A DNA stretch of 64,000 nt from Candidatus Fermentibacterota bacterium (GTDB lineage: Bacteria; Fermentibacterota; Fermentibacteria; Fermentibacterales; JCC-6). The notes beneath the pieces were generated by a model. That model worked only from the letters and a program-made list of their open reading frames with translations, was not told the origin of the DNA and searched no databases. The stretch is from the NCBI GenBank assembly GCA_963845085.1, contig CAWJQI010000004.1, positions 672,001 to 736,000 of the forward strand. Direction: 5' to 3'. The position numbers and the translations under genes were made by a program. Below are positions 18,221-26,726 of the stretch, in pieces (position 1 is the stretch's first letter; each line of letters starts with the position of its first letter).

Positions 18221-19654
18221 TCATGGTTTGGCCCCGCTGGCGACCTCCCTGCAAACCTCCATGACAGCATCGTCCGGAACATCGGCCAGAAGCCCGGCCT
18301 CGAGAAGGGCACGGTGGGAATCCCTCACCGCCGTGATGTCTTTGAGGGCGGAATGGAAAACAGCGTCAGGGTCGACCGGACCGGAGGCGATACCTTCAGC
18401 ATGCGCCCGCGCAGCCACTGCTGAGGCCACGGCAGCGTGAACCGCGGGATCATCAACCCCGGGCATGATCCTCATCGGGTCGAGGCCGTTCCTCCTTCCC
18501 TCCCGGGCGAGTGCATTCGCTGCGGCGATCGCCATCCCATCGCTTATCGCGGATGCCCCGGAAAGCAGAACACCTTTCAGGATGCCCGGAAAACCAAGGC
18601 AGTTGTTGACCTGGTTCGGAAGGTCGCTCCTGCCCGTTGCAACAACTACAGCACCGGCTTCCAGGGCGGCTCGGGGATAAATCTCGGGCACAGGGTTGGC
18701 GCATGCGAAAACTATCGCTCTCCCGGCCATTGAGGCGACGTGTTCTCCGCTGACCAGACCCGGAGCCGAGGCAGCGATCAGAACGTCGGCACCCCTTACC
18801 GCCTCACTGAATCCGCGGAAGCCTTCAGGGTTTGTGCTCGAGCACAATTCCCGATGCCAGGCGAAGCCGTCACCCTCGAAGTCCGTCCGGGTGGGCGAGA
18901 GGCTTCCCTTGTCATCGTGGAGCGAGATCATCGCGGGTTCAACCCCTGCGGCGACAAGCAGCCTTGCCGCCGAGGAACAGGCTGCGCCGGCGCCGAGGAA
19001 AACTATCCTTACGGACTCAAGCTTTTTTCCGGCGCACTCCAGCGCGTTCATCAGGCCGGCCAGGATAACACAGGCCGTCCCCTGGGCGTCATCGTGCCAG
19101 ACCGGGATCCCGCACCGTTTCTTCAGTTCATCCAGAACGATGTAGCAGTTGGGCTGGGAAATGTCCTCCAGGTTCACGGCACCGAACGACGGTGATGCCG
19201 CCATCACAAAATCCACAAGCCTGCGGGGATCGCTGCGGCCGGCTTCGTCACGGGTGTCAACGCAGAGCGGAACGGCGTTCAGCCCCCCGAGCCAGCTCAT
19301 CAGAAGCGCCTTTCCCTCCATCACACCCATCCCCCCCGGGGGGGTGCAGTCTCCGTCTCCCAGCACCCGTGTGGAATCGCTGACCACGGCCACCGTTGCG
19401 CCCCTGGAAGTAAGTGTGCGGCTGGCTCCCGCGTCGGAACGGATGGCCGTGGAAACGGCGGAAACTCCGGGAGTGTACCAGACGCCCAGCCACTCCTGTT
19501 CCATTCGTGCGACCGAGGGAAGCACCATTGTCTTGCCGTGTGTGATGCGATGGGCCCTGAGGGCAAGGGCCTTCAGAAACCTCGTCCTCGCAGCCTCGGG
19601 ATCCGGCAGGTCATCAATGAGGGCAAGGGCTCTAAGCAAAACGGCCTTCTTCAC
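18221..19654 (-). CDS. NAD(P)-dependent malic enzyme
   Basis: WYTPGVS, GVMEGKALL, NLEDISQP, WHDDAQGTA, GAGAA and ATGRSDLPNQVNN motifs. Confidence 0.93.
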   Translation of the reverse strand: MKKAVLLRALALIDDLPDPEAARTRFLKALALRAHRITHGKTMVLPSVARMEQEWLGVWYTPGVSAVSTAIRSDAGASRTLTSRGATVAVVSDSTRVLGDGDCTPPGGMGVMEGKALLMSWLGGLNAVPLCVDTRDEAGRSDPRRLVDFVMAASPSFGAVNLEDISQPNCYIVLDELKKRCGIPVWHDDAQGTACVILAGLMNALECAGKKLESVRIVFLGAGAACSSAARLLVAAGVEPAMISLHDDKGSLSPTRTDFEGDGFAWHRELCSSTNPEGFRGFSEAVRGADVLIAASAPGLVSGEHVASMAGRAIVFACANPVPEIYPRAALEAGAVVVATGRSDLPNQVNNCLGFPGILKGVLLSGASAISDGMAIAAANALAREGRRNGLDPMRIMPGVDDPAVHAAVASAVAARAHAEGIASGPVDPDAVFHSALKDITAVRDSHRALLEAGLLADVPDDAVMEVCREVASGAKP

Positions 19655-20187
19655 GACGAACCTGCCATTTTGAAGAGGTTTGCTCCCAAAGTGTCCAGCG
19701 CCACGAAAACCGGGTAGTCGCGAAGGATCATTTCATAGAGTGCTTCGGTGCCGAGATCGCTCCAGTCGAGAATCCTGCATGAAACAACGCATGCTCCGCC
19801 CAAGGCGGCGGTCCCCCCCGCCGCAGCCAGGTATACGGCGCCCGCTTCCACCATGGCCTTCCCAATTTCGGGGCTTCTCGGCCCTTTGCCTATGAACAGC
19901 CTCGCCCCGGCATGCAAAAGCGGAAGGGTGAACGGATCCATCCGAAGGGAAGTGGTCGGTCCGACCGAGCCGCAAACCATGCCGGGGGGGGCGGGTGTTG
20001 GAGCCGCATAGAACAGTGCCGTGGCAGAAGGTTCAAAGGGAAGAGGCATGCCGCCTGCAATCATCTCAGCGATCCTTCTGTGCGCCCTGTCCCTGCAGGC
20101 GATGACAGGGCCGGAAAGAAGAATCGACTCGCCGGCTCTCAGCGACTCAAGTTCTCCCGGGGCGAATTTCGTTTGAAGGCGTTTCAA
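19651..20187 (-). CDS. Fe-S fumarate/tartrate hydro-lyase beta subunit
   Basis: RDRAHRR, GPTTSLRMD, IGKG and DLGTEA motifs. TTG start overlaps the alpha-subunit stop. Confidence 0.9.
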   Translation of the reverse strand: MKRLQTKFAPGELESLRAGESILLSGPVIACRDRAHRRIAEMIAGGMPLPFEPSATALFYAAPTPAPPGMVCGSVGPTTSLRMDPFTLPLLHAGARLFIGKGPRSPEIGKAMVEAGAVYLAAAGGTAALGGACVVSCRILDWSDLGTEALYEMILRDYPVFVALDTLGANLFKMAGSS

Positions 20188-21044
20188 AGCGTTCTCTCGG
20201 CAGTACGGTGGACATGACACTCGATGCTCAACGCCACTGGAAGCGACGCCATGTGACAGGGACGGGATTCCACCCTTGCCTCCAGGGCGGTCACAGGCCC
20301 TCCGAACCCCTGGGGACCGATGCCCGTCGAGTTCACGGCGGCAAGGATGCGTTCCTCGAGCTGTCTGATGCGGACCGTTCTGCCCGGTGTGCCGAAAGGG
20401 CGGAGAAGAGCCTTCTTGGACAGAATGCCGCACACCTCGAGGTCACCGCCGAGGCCTATCCCCAGGAACAGGGGAGGACACGCCCCCGCAGCCCTCTTCG
20501 TGACGGTTTCAAGAACGAAGCTCACTATCCCGTCCTCCCCGGCCAGTGGTGGCAGCATCGCTACGGCGGACACGTTCTCGGACCCCGCTCCCTTGACAAG
20601 GAGCCTGAGCTTCAGGGTATGCCCCTCCACCTCTTCGATGTGCAGCACGGCCGGGGAGTTGGACCTGAGCGGTCTTCTCTCCATCGGGTCGGCCACAAGC
20701 GAGTTTCGAAGAAGCCCCTCGCGATACCCCCTTTCCACGCCACGGTCGACCGCTCTTCCGAGGGAGCTTCCCTCGATCACCAGACGGTTCCCCTTTTCCG
20801 CGAAAACAACCGCTATTCCGGTGTCCTGGCATATGGGAAGACCCGAAACGTCTGCGGCATCGATGTTCCGGATGCACAGGTCCAGCGCGGTTCCGCCTGG
20901 TCCGTCCGGGGAAAGGTTCCGGGCTGCCACGAGAAGTTCCCGGAGACATGGCGACGGCCTGGTGCAGGCCTCGATACACATGGCGGCAACAGCGTCCTCA
21001 ACCTCGGCGGCGCAAAGAAACCTTGCCTTAGACACCCGTTTCAC
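20184..21044 (-). CDS. Fe-S fumarate/tartrate hydro-lyase alpha subunit
   Basis: PICQDTG, KGAGSEN, ACPP, GIGPQGFGG and CH...ECH motifs. Confidence 0.93.
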   Translation of the reverse strand: MKRVSKARFLCAAEVEDAVAAMCIEACTRPSPCLRELLVAARNLSPDGPGGTALDLCIRNIDAADVSGLPICQDTGIAVVFAEKGNRLVIEGSSLGRAVDRGVERGYREGLLRNSLVADPMERRPLRSNSPAVLHIEEVEGHTLKLRLLVKGAGSENVSAVAMLPPLAGEDGIVSFVLETVTKRAAGACPPLFLGIGLGGDLEVCGILSKKALLRPFGTPGRTVRIRQLEERILAAVNSTGIGPQGFGGPVTALEARVESRPCHMASLPVALSIECHVHRTAERTL

Positions 21045-21351
21045 TGCGCACCCAATCCATGTAATCCGCGGAGCCCCCCGTGATCGGAGTGACTATTATC
21101 TCGGGGTTCTCGTATGTGTGGCTCTTCCTCAGGAACTCAATGAGCTTAGGAGCGGCGGTCGCGGTGGTCTTGAACACCATCACGTACTCCACCTCTCTGT
21201 TCAGGTTGTCCTTCCACCAGTAGGTGCTTGTAACGGGTCCCGAAACACTGCCGCAGGCGGCAAGCCGATCCCTGACAGCCCGCTTCACAAGCAGGGCCGC
21301 GATGTCCTCCCGGTCGACTGTACTGGTCACTTGAACAAGTTCAGTTTCCAA
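21028..21351 (-). CDS. cutA: Divalent-cation tolerance protein CutA (start uncertain)
   Basis: RLAAC, STYWWK, E..MVFKTT, HTYENPEII and YMDWV motifs. Confidence 0.88.
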   Translation of the reverse strand: METELVQVTSTVDREDIAALLVKRAVRDRLAACGSVSGPVTSTYWWKDNLNREVEYVMVFKTTATAAPKLIEFLRKSHTYENPEIIVTPITGGSADYMDWVRSETGV

Positions 21352-22046
21352 AGGCTCTTCATCCTTCCTGAAAGCCATGCCAGCATTGCAGCCGTAACAA
21401 GCAGCACCACCCCGCCCGCTGCCGGAACCGATGGTGACTCCCATCCCAGGGAAAACACGGATTCAACAAAACCCTTCAACCCCGGGAAAAGCCTGTCCGC
21501 AAAGAGTTTCAACAAAGCCCCCGCGCCGACGAAGAAAACGGCAATGAACGCGGCAAACCATTGCTGCGCCGAGCGGGAGGATCTGGCTCGCAGGGAGACG
21601 TGCATTCCGGCAACGGCACCGAATGCGCTGACAACGACGCAGATGAAAAGCACTGCCATTACGGCTGTGAATGAGGCCATCGCCATTCCCCTCGCTGCCC
21701 TGAATGCCACTGATGCCAGGAGGCTCAGTATAAGAAAGGCCGTGCCCGACGTCGTGCTGAAAAGGAACTTGCCCCAGAGAAGCGGCTTCTTCCCGGCAGG
21801 GGATGCGAGTAGTGTCTCAAGGGTTCCCCTCTCGCGCTCCCCGGCAATCGAGTCGATTCCCATCAGGCCTGCCATGTAGAGGGGAAGGAATGCAAAGGGC
21901 AGGAGTGCGAGGTTCGGGCTTTCGATCGACGACGGCAGGTAAAGCCCGAAGATGCCGACGTAGATCACCATGAGCCGGATAAAGCCGCCGCGGCCCATTG
22001 CGCCGATGAATGCAAGCAGTTCCCTGCGGAAGATGGAACCGGTCAT
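21327..22046 (-). CDS. ABC-2 type transporter permease
   Basis: SIAGERERGTLETLLASP...LWGK motif; about 6 TM segments. Confidence 0.88.
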   Translation of the reverse strand: MTGSIFRRELLAFIGAMGRGGFIRLMVIYVGIFGLYLPSSIESPNLALLPFAFLPLYMAGLMGIDSIAGERERGTLETLLASPAGKKPLLWGKFLFSTTSGTAFLILSLLASVAFRAARGMAMASFTAVMAVLFICVVVSAFGAVAGMHVSLRARSSRSAQQWFAAFIAVFFVGAGALLKLFADRLFPGLKGFVESVFSLGWESPSVPAAGGVVLLVTAAMLAWLSGRMKSLWKLNLFK

Positions 22047-22927
22047 TCCGCCCCCTCCCCGGCCAGGCTCATGAATATCCCCTCGAGATCCCTTCCGGCG
22101 GGACGGAACTCGGCCACCCTGTTGCCCGCCATGATGAGGTCATTGAGCAGCTGCGCCGGTGGAAGACAGCTTTCAACAAGTACATAGCCGTCGGACCCGG
22201 GGGTGTGGCTTACCCCTCCGTGAATCACGGTCCCGCCTTCGGTTCTTACAAGAAAGCCGGATGAGCGCATCAGTACCGGGAGCTCACCGGAGAGAACCGC
22301 TCTCCCCCTGTGAACGATCGTGACCGAGTCGCAGACTGACTGGGCCTCGGAGAGGTTGTGGGTTGACAGCAGCACAGGCCTTTTGCCTGCGGCGGCCTCG
22401 ATCATGCCCCTTACATCCAGTGCCCTGACCGGGTCCAGTGATGCCGTGGGCTCATCAAGAACCACCAGTTCGGAGGGAACCGCAAATACCCTTGCCATGG
22501 CCACGGCCCTGCGGTTCCCGGTGGAAAGCTCCTTTACGCGCTTTCCCATGCAGTCGGACATGCCGAAGGCTTCGAGCGACCTCCTGGCAAGAGTGTTGGA
22601 ATCGTTTCGGGAGCACCCGTACAGCCCGCACCAGATCGACAGGTTTTCCAGCACCGTGAGGGAGGGAAGCAGGCCGTCCTCGCTGAACAGCACCGAGAGC
22701 CTTCGCCTCGTACCGGGGCCAACGCAAGGGTCGTCACCCAAAACCCTGACCGAGCCGCCTCCCAGTTGAAGAAGGCCGACCATGGCCCTTATCGCGGTGG
22801 TCTTGCCAGCGCCATTTCTGCCGAGAAGGCCGTGCACACCTTTTGAAGGAACTTCCATGCTGAAGCCATCGAGTGCTTTGACCGGTCCGTAGCTGACAGT
22901 CACGGTTTCAAGGGAGGCGGCAGTCAT
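22043..22927 (-). CDS. ABC transporter ATP-binding protein
   Basis: GRNGAGKTT, LSTGN, VVLDEPT and STH motifs. Confidence 0.93.
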   Translation of the reverse strand: MTAASLETVTVSYGPVKALDGFSMEVPSKGVHGLLGRNGAGKTTAIRAMVGLLQLGGGSVRVLGDDPCVGPGTRRRLSVLFSEDGLLPSLTVLENLSIWCGLYGCSRNDSNTLARRSLEAFGMSDCMGKRVKELSTGNRRAVAMARVFAVPSELVVLDEPTASLDPVRALDVRGMIEAAAGKRPVLLSTHNLSEAQSVCDSVTIVHRGRAVLSGELPVLMRSSGFLVRTEGGTVIHGGVSHTPGSDGYVLVESCLPPAQLLNDLIMAGNRVAEFRPAGRDLEGIFMSLAGEGAE

Positions 22928-23637
22928 CAGGGGCTGCCGATCATCGAGCAGAGCGCCTGCACGAGATGCGCGTAAAGCAGGGCGCCTTTCTCCACGGAAA
23001 CCAGTGACATGTCGCCGCCGACCCCGCCGTCGGGGTATGCGCGCCTGAATTCCACCGGATCGCCAAAGACATCAAGCCAGGGAGGATAGATCCCCTTGAA
23101 GACACCCGGGGGCTCCTTCCCCAGAAGGAACCAGACCATCGAAACCTCGGCAGCGGTTACATGATGCCCGCTTTTCGGAAACAGCTTCCTCTCCAGGTCA
23201 TCGGCTCCCGGCAACTGCCACCATCCGAGATACAGGGCCTCGGGCAGGCCGTGCGCGCCCTTGCACGCATTCTCGGCTGCGCTTCTGTTGCCGCCGTGAC
23301 CGCTTATAATCAGGCAGCGACGGAACCCGTTGACAGCGGCCGACCGGAGGATGTCGGAATAGAGCGCGGCAAGCGTTGAGGGAGAGAGCGAAAAAGTTCC
23401 GGGAAAGCCTTCGTGCGAGCGGGAATCGCCGTAGGGCAGGCAGGGCAGAACGGGAGTTCCGGTTTTTTCCCCTGCATCCCGGCACACGCAGCGGGCAATG
23501 ATGGCATCGCAACCAAGAGGGGCTTCGGTTCCGTGTTGCTCAAGGCTGCCGGAGGGCAGAAGCACAGTGCCCGTTTTGATGCCGTCAGCCTGTGAAGAGA
23601 GCAGAAGTTCGTATTCCATGGGGGTGAATATATGCAA
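22927..23637 (-). CDS. Creatininase family amidohydrolase
   Basis: GSLEQHG..PLGCD, HEGFPGT, GHGGN and HVTAAEVS motifs. Confidence 0.88.
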   Translation of the reverse strand: MHIFTPMEYELLLSSQADGIKTGTVLLPSGSLEQHGTEAPLGCDAIIARCVCRDAGEKTGTPVLPCLPYGDSRSHEGFPGTFSLSPSTLAALYSDILRSAAVNGFRRCLIISGHGGNRSAAENACKGAHGLPEALYLGWWQLPGADDLERKLFPKSGHHVTAAEVSMVWFLLGKEPPGVFKGIYPPWLDVFGDPVEFRRAYPDGGVGGDMSLVSVEKGALLYAHLVQALCSMIGSP

Positions 23638-24321
23638 ACAGGGATCAACGCCGGGGGAAAATTGTGGATGAGGATCCCCGTCAGGACGAAGCTCATCCTC
23701 CGGGGCGACAGCCTTGAAGAAGCCATTTCAGAGGGTCTTGAGCTTGCGGGAGTGACACCGGGCAAAAGCGATATCCTGTTCGTGAGCGAGAAGGCCGTCG
23801 GTGCAAGCCAGGGGAGGTACTATCTTCTCGACGAGGGAGAGGTGAGACCCGGCAGGCTGGCCGTATTCCTCTCAAGGCACGTCACCAAAACCCCTGCAGG
23901 CATCGGTTTGGGCATGCCCGAAACAATGCAGTGCGCCATCGATGAATGCGGCTCGATGCGGATACTTTTCGCAGCGCTGGTCGGTGCGGCAGGAAAGCTG
24001 CTGGGGCGGAGGGGAGATTTCTACAGGGTTGCGGGAGCGAGGGCCCGGTCAATCGACGGCCCGACGCCGGGAACCATCCCTCCCTTCAACCGGGCGGTCA
24101 GCCTGGCTCCGAAGGATCCTGTGGGGGTGGCCCGTGCGCTGTCCGCGAGGTTCGGCTGCGGCGCCGCTGTTGTGGATATCAACGATCTCGGAGGGAACAT
24201 CCTGGGGGCCTGGCCGAAGGATACGGACAAAAAGCTTCTTGTCGAAGTTCTCTCCGACAACCCTCTCGGGCAGGGAACCGAGCAGACCCCCGCAGGCATC
24301 CTGCGACCTACCCCCGCCTGA
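23632..24321 (+). CDS. Coenzyme F420-0:gamma-glutamyl ligase (CofE)-like protein
   Basis: IPVRTKLI, VSEKAV, VVDINDLG and DNPLGQGTEQTP motifs. Confidence 0.75.
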   Translation: MQTGINAGGKLWMRIPVRTKLILRGDSLEEAISEGLELAGVTPGKSDILFVSEKAVGASQGRYYLLDEGEVRPGRLAVFLSRHVTKTPAGIGLGMPETMQCAIDECGSMRILFAALVGAAGKLLGRRGDFYRVAGARARSIDGPTPGTIPPFNRAVSLAPKDPVGVARALSARFGCGAAVVDINDLGGNILGAWPKDTDKKLLVEVLSDNPLGQGTEQTPAGILRPTPA

Positions 24322-24685
24322 TCCCGAACATCCTCTCGAGTGCCCCGTTGAGAACCGCGACGATCACGGCTGCCAGCACCGCCCACCAGAAGTTCGCAAG
24401 GTGAAAACCGGGCATCCACCACGAAGCCATCATGAGGATCAGGCCGCTCACGAGGAAACGCGCCAGGCCAAGCGTGAGGATAATCAGCGGGCACGTCACC
24501 AGGGTGAGCAGGGGACCAAGGATGAAGTTCAGCAGCCCGACCGCCAATGCTGTCAGGGCAATGCTCCAGAAACCGTCGAAATTCATTTCTGAACCGAGGA
24601 TCAGGCTGGTCAGATAGAGGCTCAATCCGGAAACTGCCCAGGCAAGTATCAGACCGCCGCTTCTCTCACCCCTCTGTGCTGTCAC
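24308..24685 (-). CDS. 4-TM phage holin family (YvlD-like) membrane protein
   Basis: GLLNFILGPLLTLVTCPLIILTLGL and GFHLANFWWA motifs; GTG start with RBS. Confidence 0.82.
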   Translation of the reverse strand: MTAQRGERSGGLILAWAVSGLSLYLTSLILGSEMNFDGFWSIALTALAVGLLNFILGPLLTLVTCPLIILTLGLARFLVSGLILMMASWWMPGFHLANFWWAVLAAVIVAVLNGALERMFGIRRG

Positions 24686-24707
24686 TCGCCCCCCTTCCTT
24701 TGCATGC

Positions 24708-24736
24708 TTGACAGGAATATACCGCTTGACGATAAT
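24708..24736 (+). promoter_or_regulatory. Sigma70 promoter of tRNA-Gln
   Basis: TTGACA-17 bp-GATAAT, 11 nt upstream of the tRNA. Confidence 0.8.
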
Positions 24737-24747
24737 CCCGACTCCAT

Positions 24748-24821
24748 TGGCGGGTCGTCCAATGGTAGGACTGCGGACTCTGGATCCGCCTATCGGGGTT
24801 CGAATCCCTGCCCGCCAGCCA
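24748..24821 (+). tRNA. tRNA-Gln(CTG)
   Basis: Acceptor stem TGGCGGG/CCCGCCA, anticodon arm GCGGA-CTCTGGA-TCCGC, GGTTCGAATCC T-arm, encoded CCA. Confidence 0.97.
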
Positions 24822-24834
24822 TCTTTTCTTACAA

Positions 24835-24878
24835 TCCCGGGGCATTGCCTTTCTGTGTGATGCCCCGGGAATTTCTTT
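24835..24878 (+). terminator. Intrinsic terminator after tRNA-Gln
   Basis: TCCCGGGGCAT.../...ATGCCCCGGGA stem followed by ATTTCTTT. Confidence 0.75.
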
Positions 24879-24974
24879 GCCGCAGCAGCCACCCCCGGCC
24901 GTCGCCGCTCCGCCATGACCCGCGCGGCTCGGGGGGCTTTCATGAAGGCCTGCGGGTTGTATCTTCAATGCCAA

Positions 24975-26726
24975 ATGAGAACGATCCAACTGCCCCTTCT
25001 GTTTGTGAAGCCCTACTGGAGGCGCTCGATCGCGGCGCTTCTGCTCCTCGCAGCCCTTGTTGCAATGGACCTTGCCATTCCAAGGCTGATCCAGCGGCTC
25101 ATCGACCTTGGAATAGCGCGGGGCGACCAGGGGGAGGTGGTGCGCACCGGGCTTCTGATGCTTTCGCTTTCAATAACAGGAACCATCTTCGCTGTTGGCA
25201 ACAACATACTTTCAGTGCGGGTGGGCGAGAGCGTGGCACGGGACCTGCGCCGGGCGCTGTTCCGCAAAATCCAAACCTTTTCCTTCGGAGAGCTTGACCG
25301 TACGGGAACGGGCCAGCTGATGGTGCGCCTGACGAGCGATACTGCCGCCCTTCAAAGGCTGACCCAGATCTCTCTCAGAATAGGCACGCGCGCGCCACTG
25401 ATGATGATCGGCAGCCTTTTCCTGATGATAAGGACGAATTCCGGCCTTGCGCTTTCAATGCTTCCCCTTCTGATAGTCACCTCCGCAATAATCCTTTACT
25501 TCGTCCCGAGAATGGAGCCGTTGTTCCGGACGGTGCAGGCCAGGCTCGACAGACTCAACACCGTGCTTCACGAAAACATCGCGGGCGTGCGGCTGGTCCG
25601 TGCATTCGTGAGGAACGAACTCGAGGACGGACGATTCGACACCGCCAACAGGGCCTTCACGGATGGCTCCGCGAATGTCATGAAATTCATGGCGGTCATG
25701 TCGCCAATGCTCACCATGTGTGTCAACATCGGCGTCGTGGTCGTGATCTGGGCGGGAGGGCTTGATGCTGTTCGGGGGGGAATGTCCGCCGGGCAGCTCG
25801 TGGCCTTCGGCAACTACCTTCTGAGCACGATGACTCCGCTGATCATGATGACCAACCTGTCCAACGTCTGGGCAGGCGGGCTTGCTTCAAGCCGGCGAAT
25901 ACTCGATGTGCTCGATTCGCGTCCGACCATGATGGAGAAGGCAGGGGCGGTTCCGGTGCCTTCCGTTTCTCAGGGTGGTGTTGTTTTCGAGGGCGTCTCC
26001 TTCAGGTACGAAGGAAGTGATTCAAACGTCCTCGAAGGAATAGATCTGGAGATCGAAGCCGGCCGGGTGACCGCCTTCCTCGGCGCGACAGGGGCCGGAA
26101 AAACCTCACTCATCAATCTGGTGCCACGCTTCTACGACCCTTCCCGGGGGAGGGTTCTGCTTGACGGAACCGATCTCAGGGAAATAAGCCTTCAATCCCT
26201 CCGCAGATTCGTAGGGGTGGTTCCGCAGGAGTCGGTGCTGTTCTCGGGCACTGTGCGGGAAAACGTCGTCTACGGCAGGCCCGGAGCCACCAATGCCGAA
26301 GCCGAGGAGGCGGCTCAGGTCGCGGATGCCCTCGGCTTCATCCTGAAGCTGCCCAACGGGTGGGATACACGGATCGAGGAGAGGGGCGTGAACCTCTCCG
26401 GAGGCCAGAAGCAGAGGATTGCGATAGCCCGGGCAGTCCTTGCACGTCCGGGGATTCTCATTCTCGACGACAGCACAAGCTCGGTAGACGTTGAAACAGA
26501 GACCAGGATCCACGGCGCCCTTTCATCGACTCTGCGGGGCTGCACTCTCATCCTGGTTGCACAGAGGGTCAGCACGGTTCTTTCCGCTGACAGGATCGTC
26601 GTGCTTGAAGAGGGGCGCATAGCAGCGTCAGGAAGCCATTCGGCTCTTCTGAAGGGAAGCCCTGTCTACAGAGAGATCTTCGACTCCCAGCTGGGGGATC
26701 CGGGGTTATCGGGAGAAGGGCCATGA
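24975..26726 (+). CDS. ABC exporter, fused permease/ATPase (heterodimer subunit 1)
   Basis: GATGAGKT and LSGGQKQR, with a degenerate Walker B (ILDD) and Q in place of the H-switch (VAQR). Confidence 0.93.
   Translation: MRTIQLPLLFVKPYWRRSIAALLLLAALVAMDLAIPRLIQRLIDLGIARGDQGEVVRTGLLMLSLSITGTIFAVGNNILSVRVGESVARDLRRALFRKIQTFSFGELDRTGTGQLMVRLTSDTAALQRLTQISLRIGTRAPLMMIGSLFLMIRTNSGLALSMLPLLIVTSAIILYFVPRMEPLFRTVQARLDRLNTVLHENIAGVRLVRAFVRNELEDGRFDTANRAFTDGSANVMKFMAVMSPMLTMCVNIGVVVVIWAGGLDAVRGGMSAGQLVAFGNYLLSTMTPLIMMTNLSNVWAGGLASSRRILDVLDSRPTMMEKAGAVPVPSVSQGGVVFEGVSFRYEGSDSNVLEGIDLEIEAGRVTAFLGATGAGKTSLINLVPRFYDPSRGRVLLDGTDLREISLQSLRRFVGVVPQESVLFSGTVRENVVYGRPGATNAEAEEAAQVADALGFILKLPNGWDTRIEERGVNLSGGQKQRIAIARAVLARPGILILDDSTSSVDVETETRIHGALSSTLRGCTLILVAQRVSTVLSADRIVVLEEGRIAASGSHSALLKGSPVYREIFDSQLGDPGLSGEGP

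Noticed and set aside
20320..21879. Long antisense ORFs (519 aa here; also 6853-8052, 41343-42404, 52037-53218)
   Set aside because: These are shadow ORFs opposite well-supported genes in GC-rich DNA and have no recognisable motifs.
24308..24821. Holin-like gene beside a tRNA as a possible prophage or integration site
   Set aside because: No integrase, phage genes or duplicated tRNA 3' end were seen. This 4-TM family is common in ordinary chromosomal contexts.
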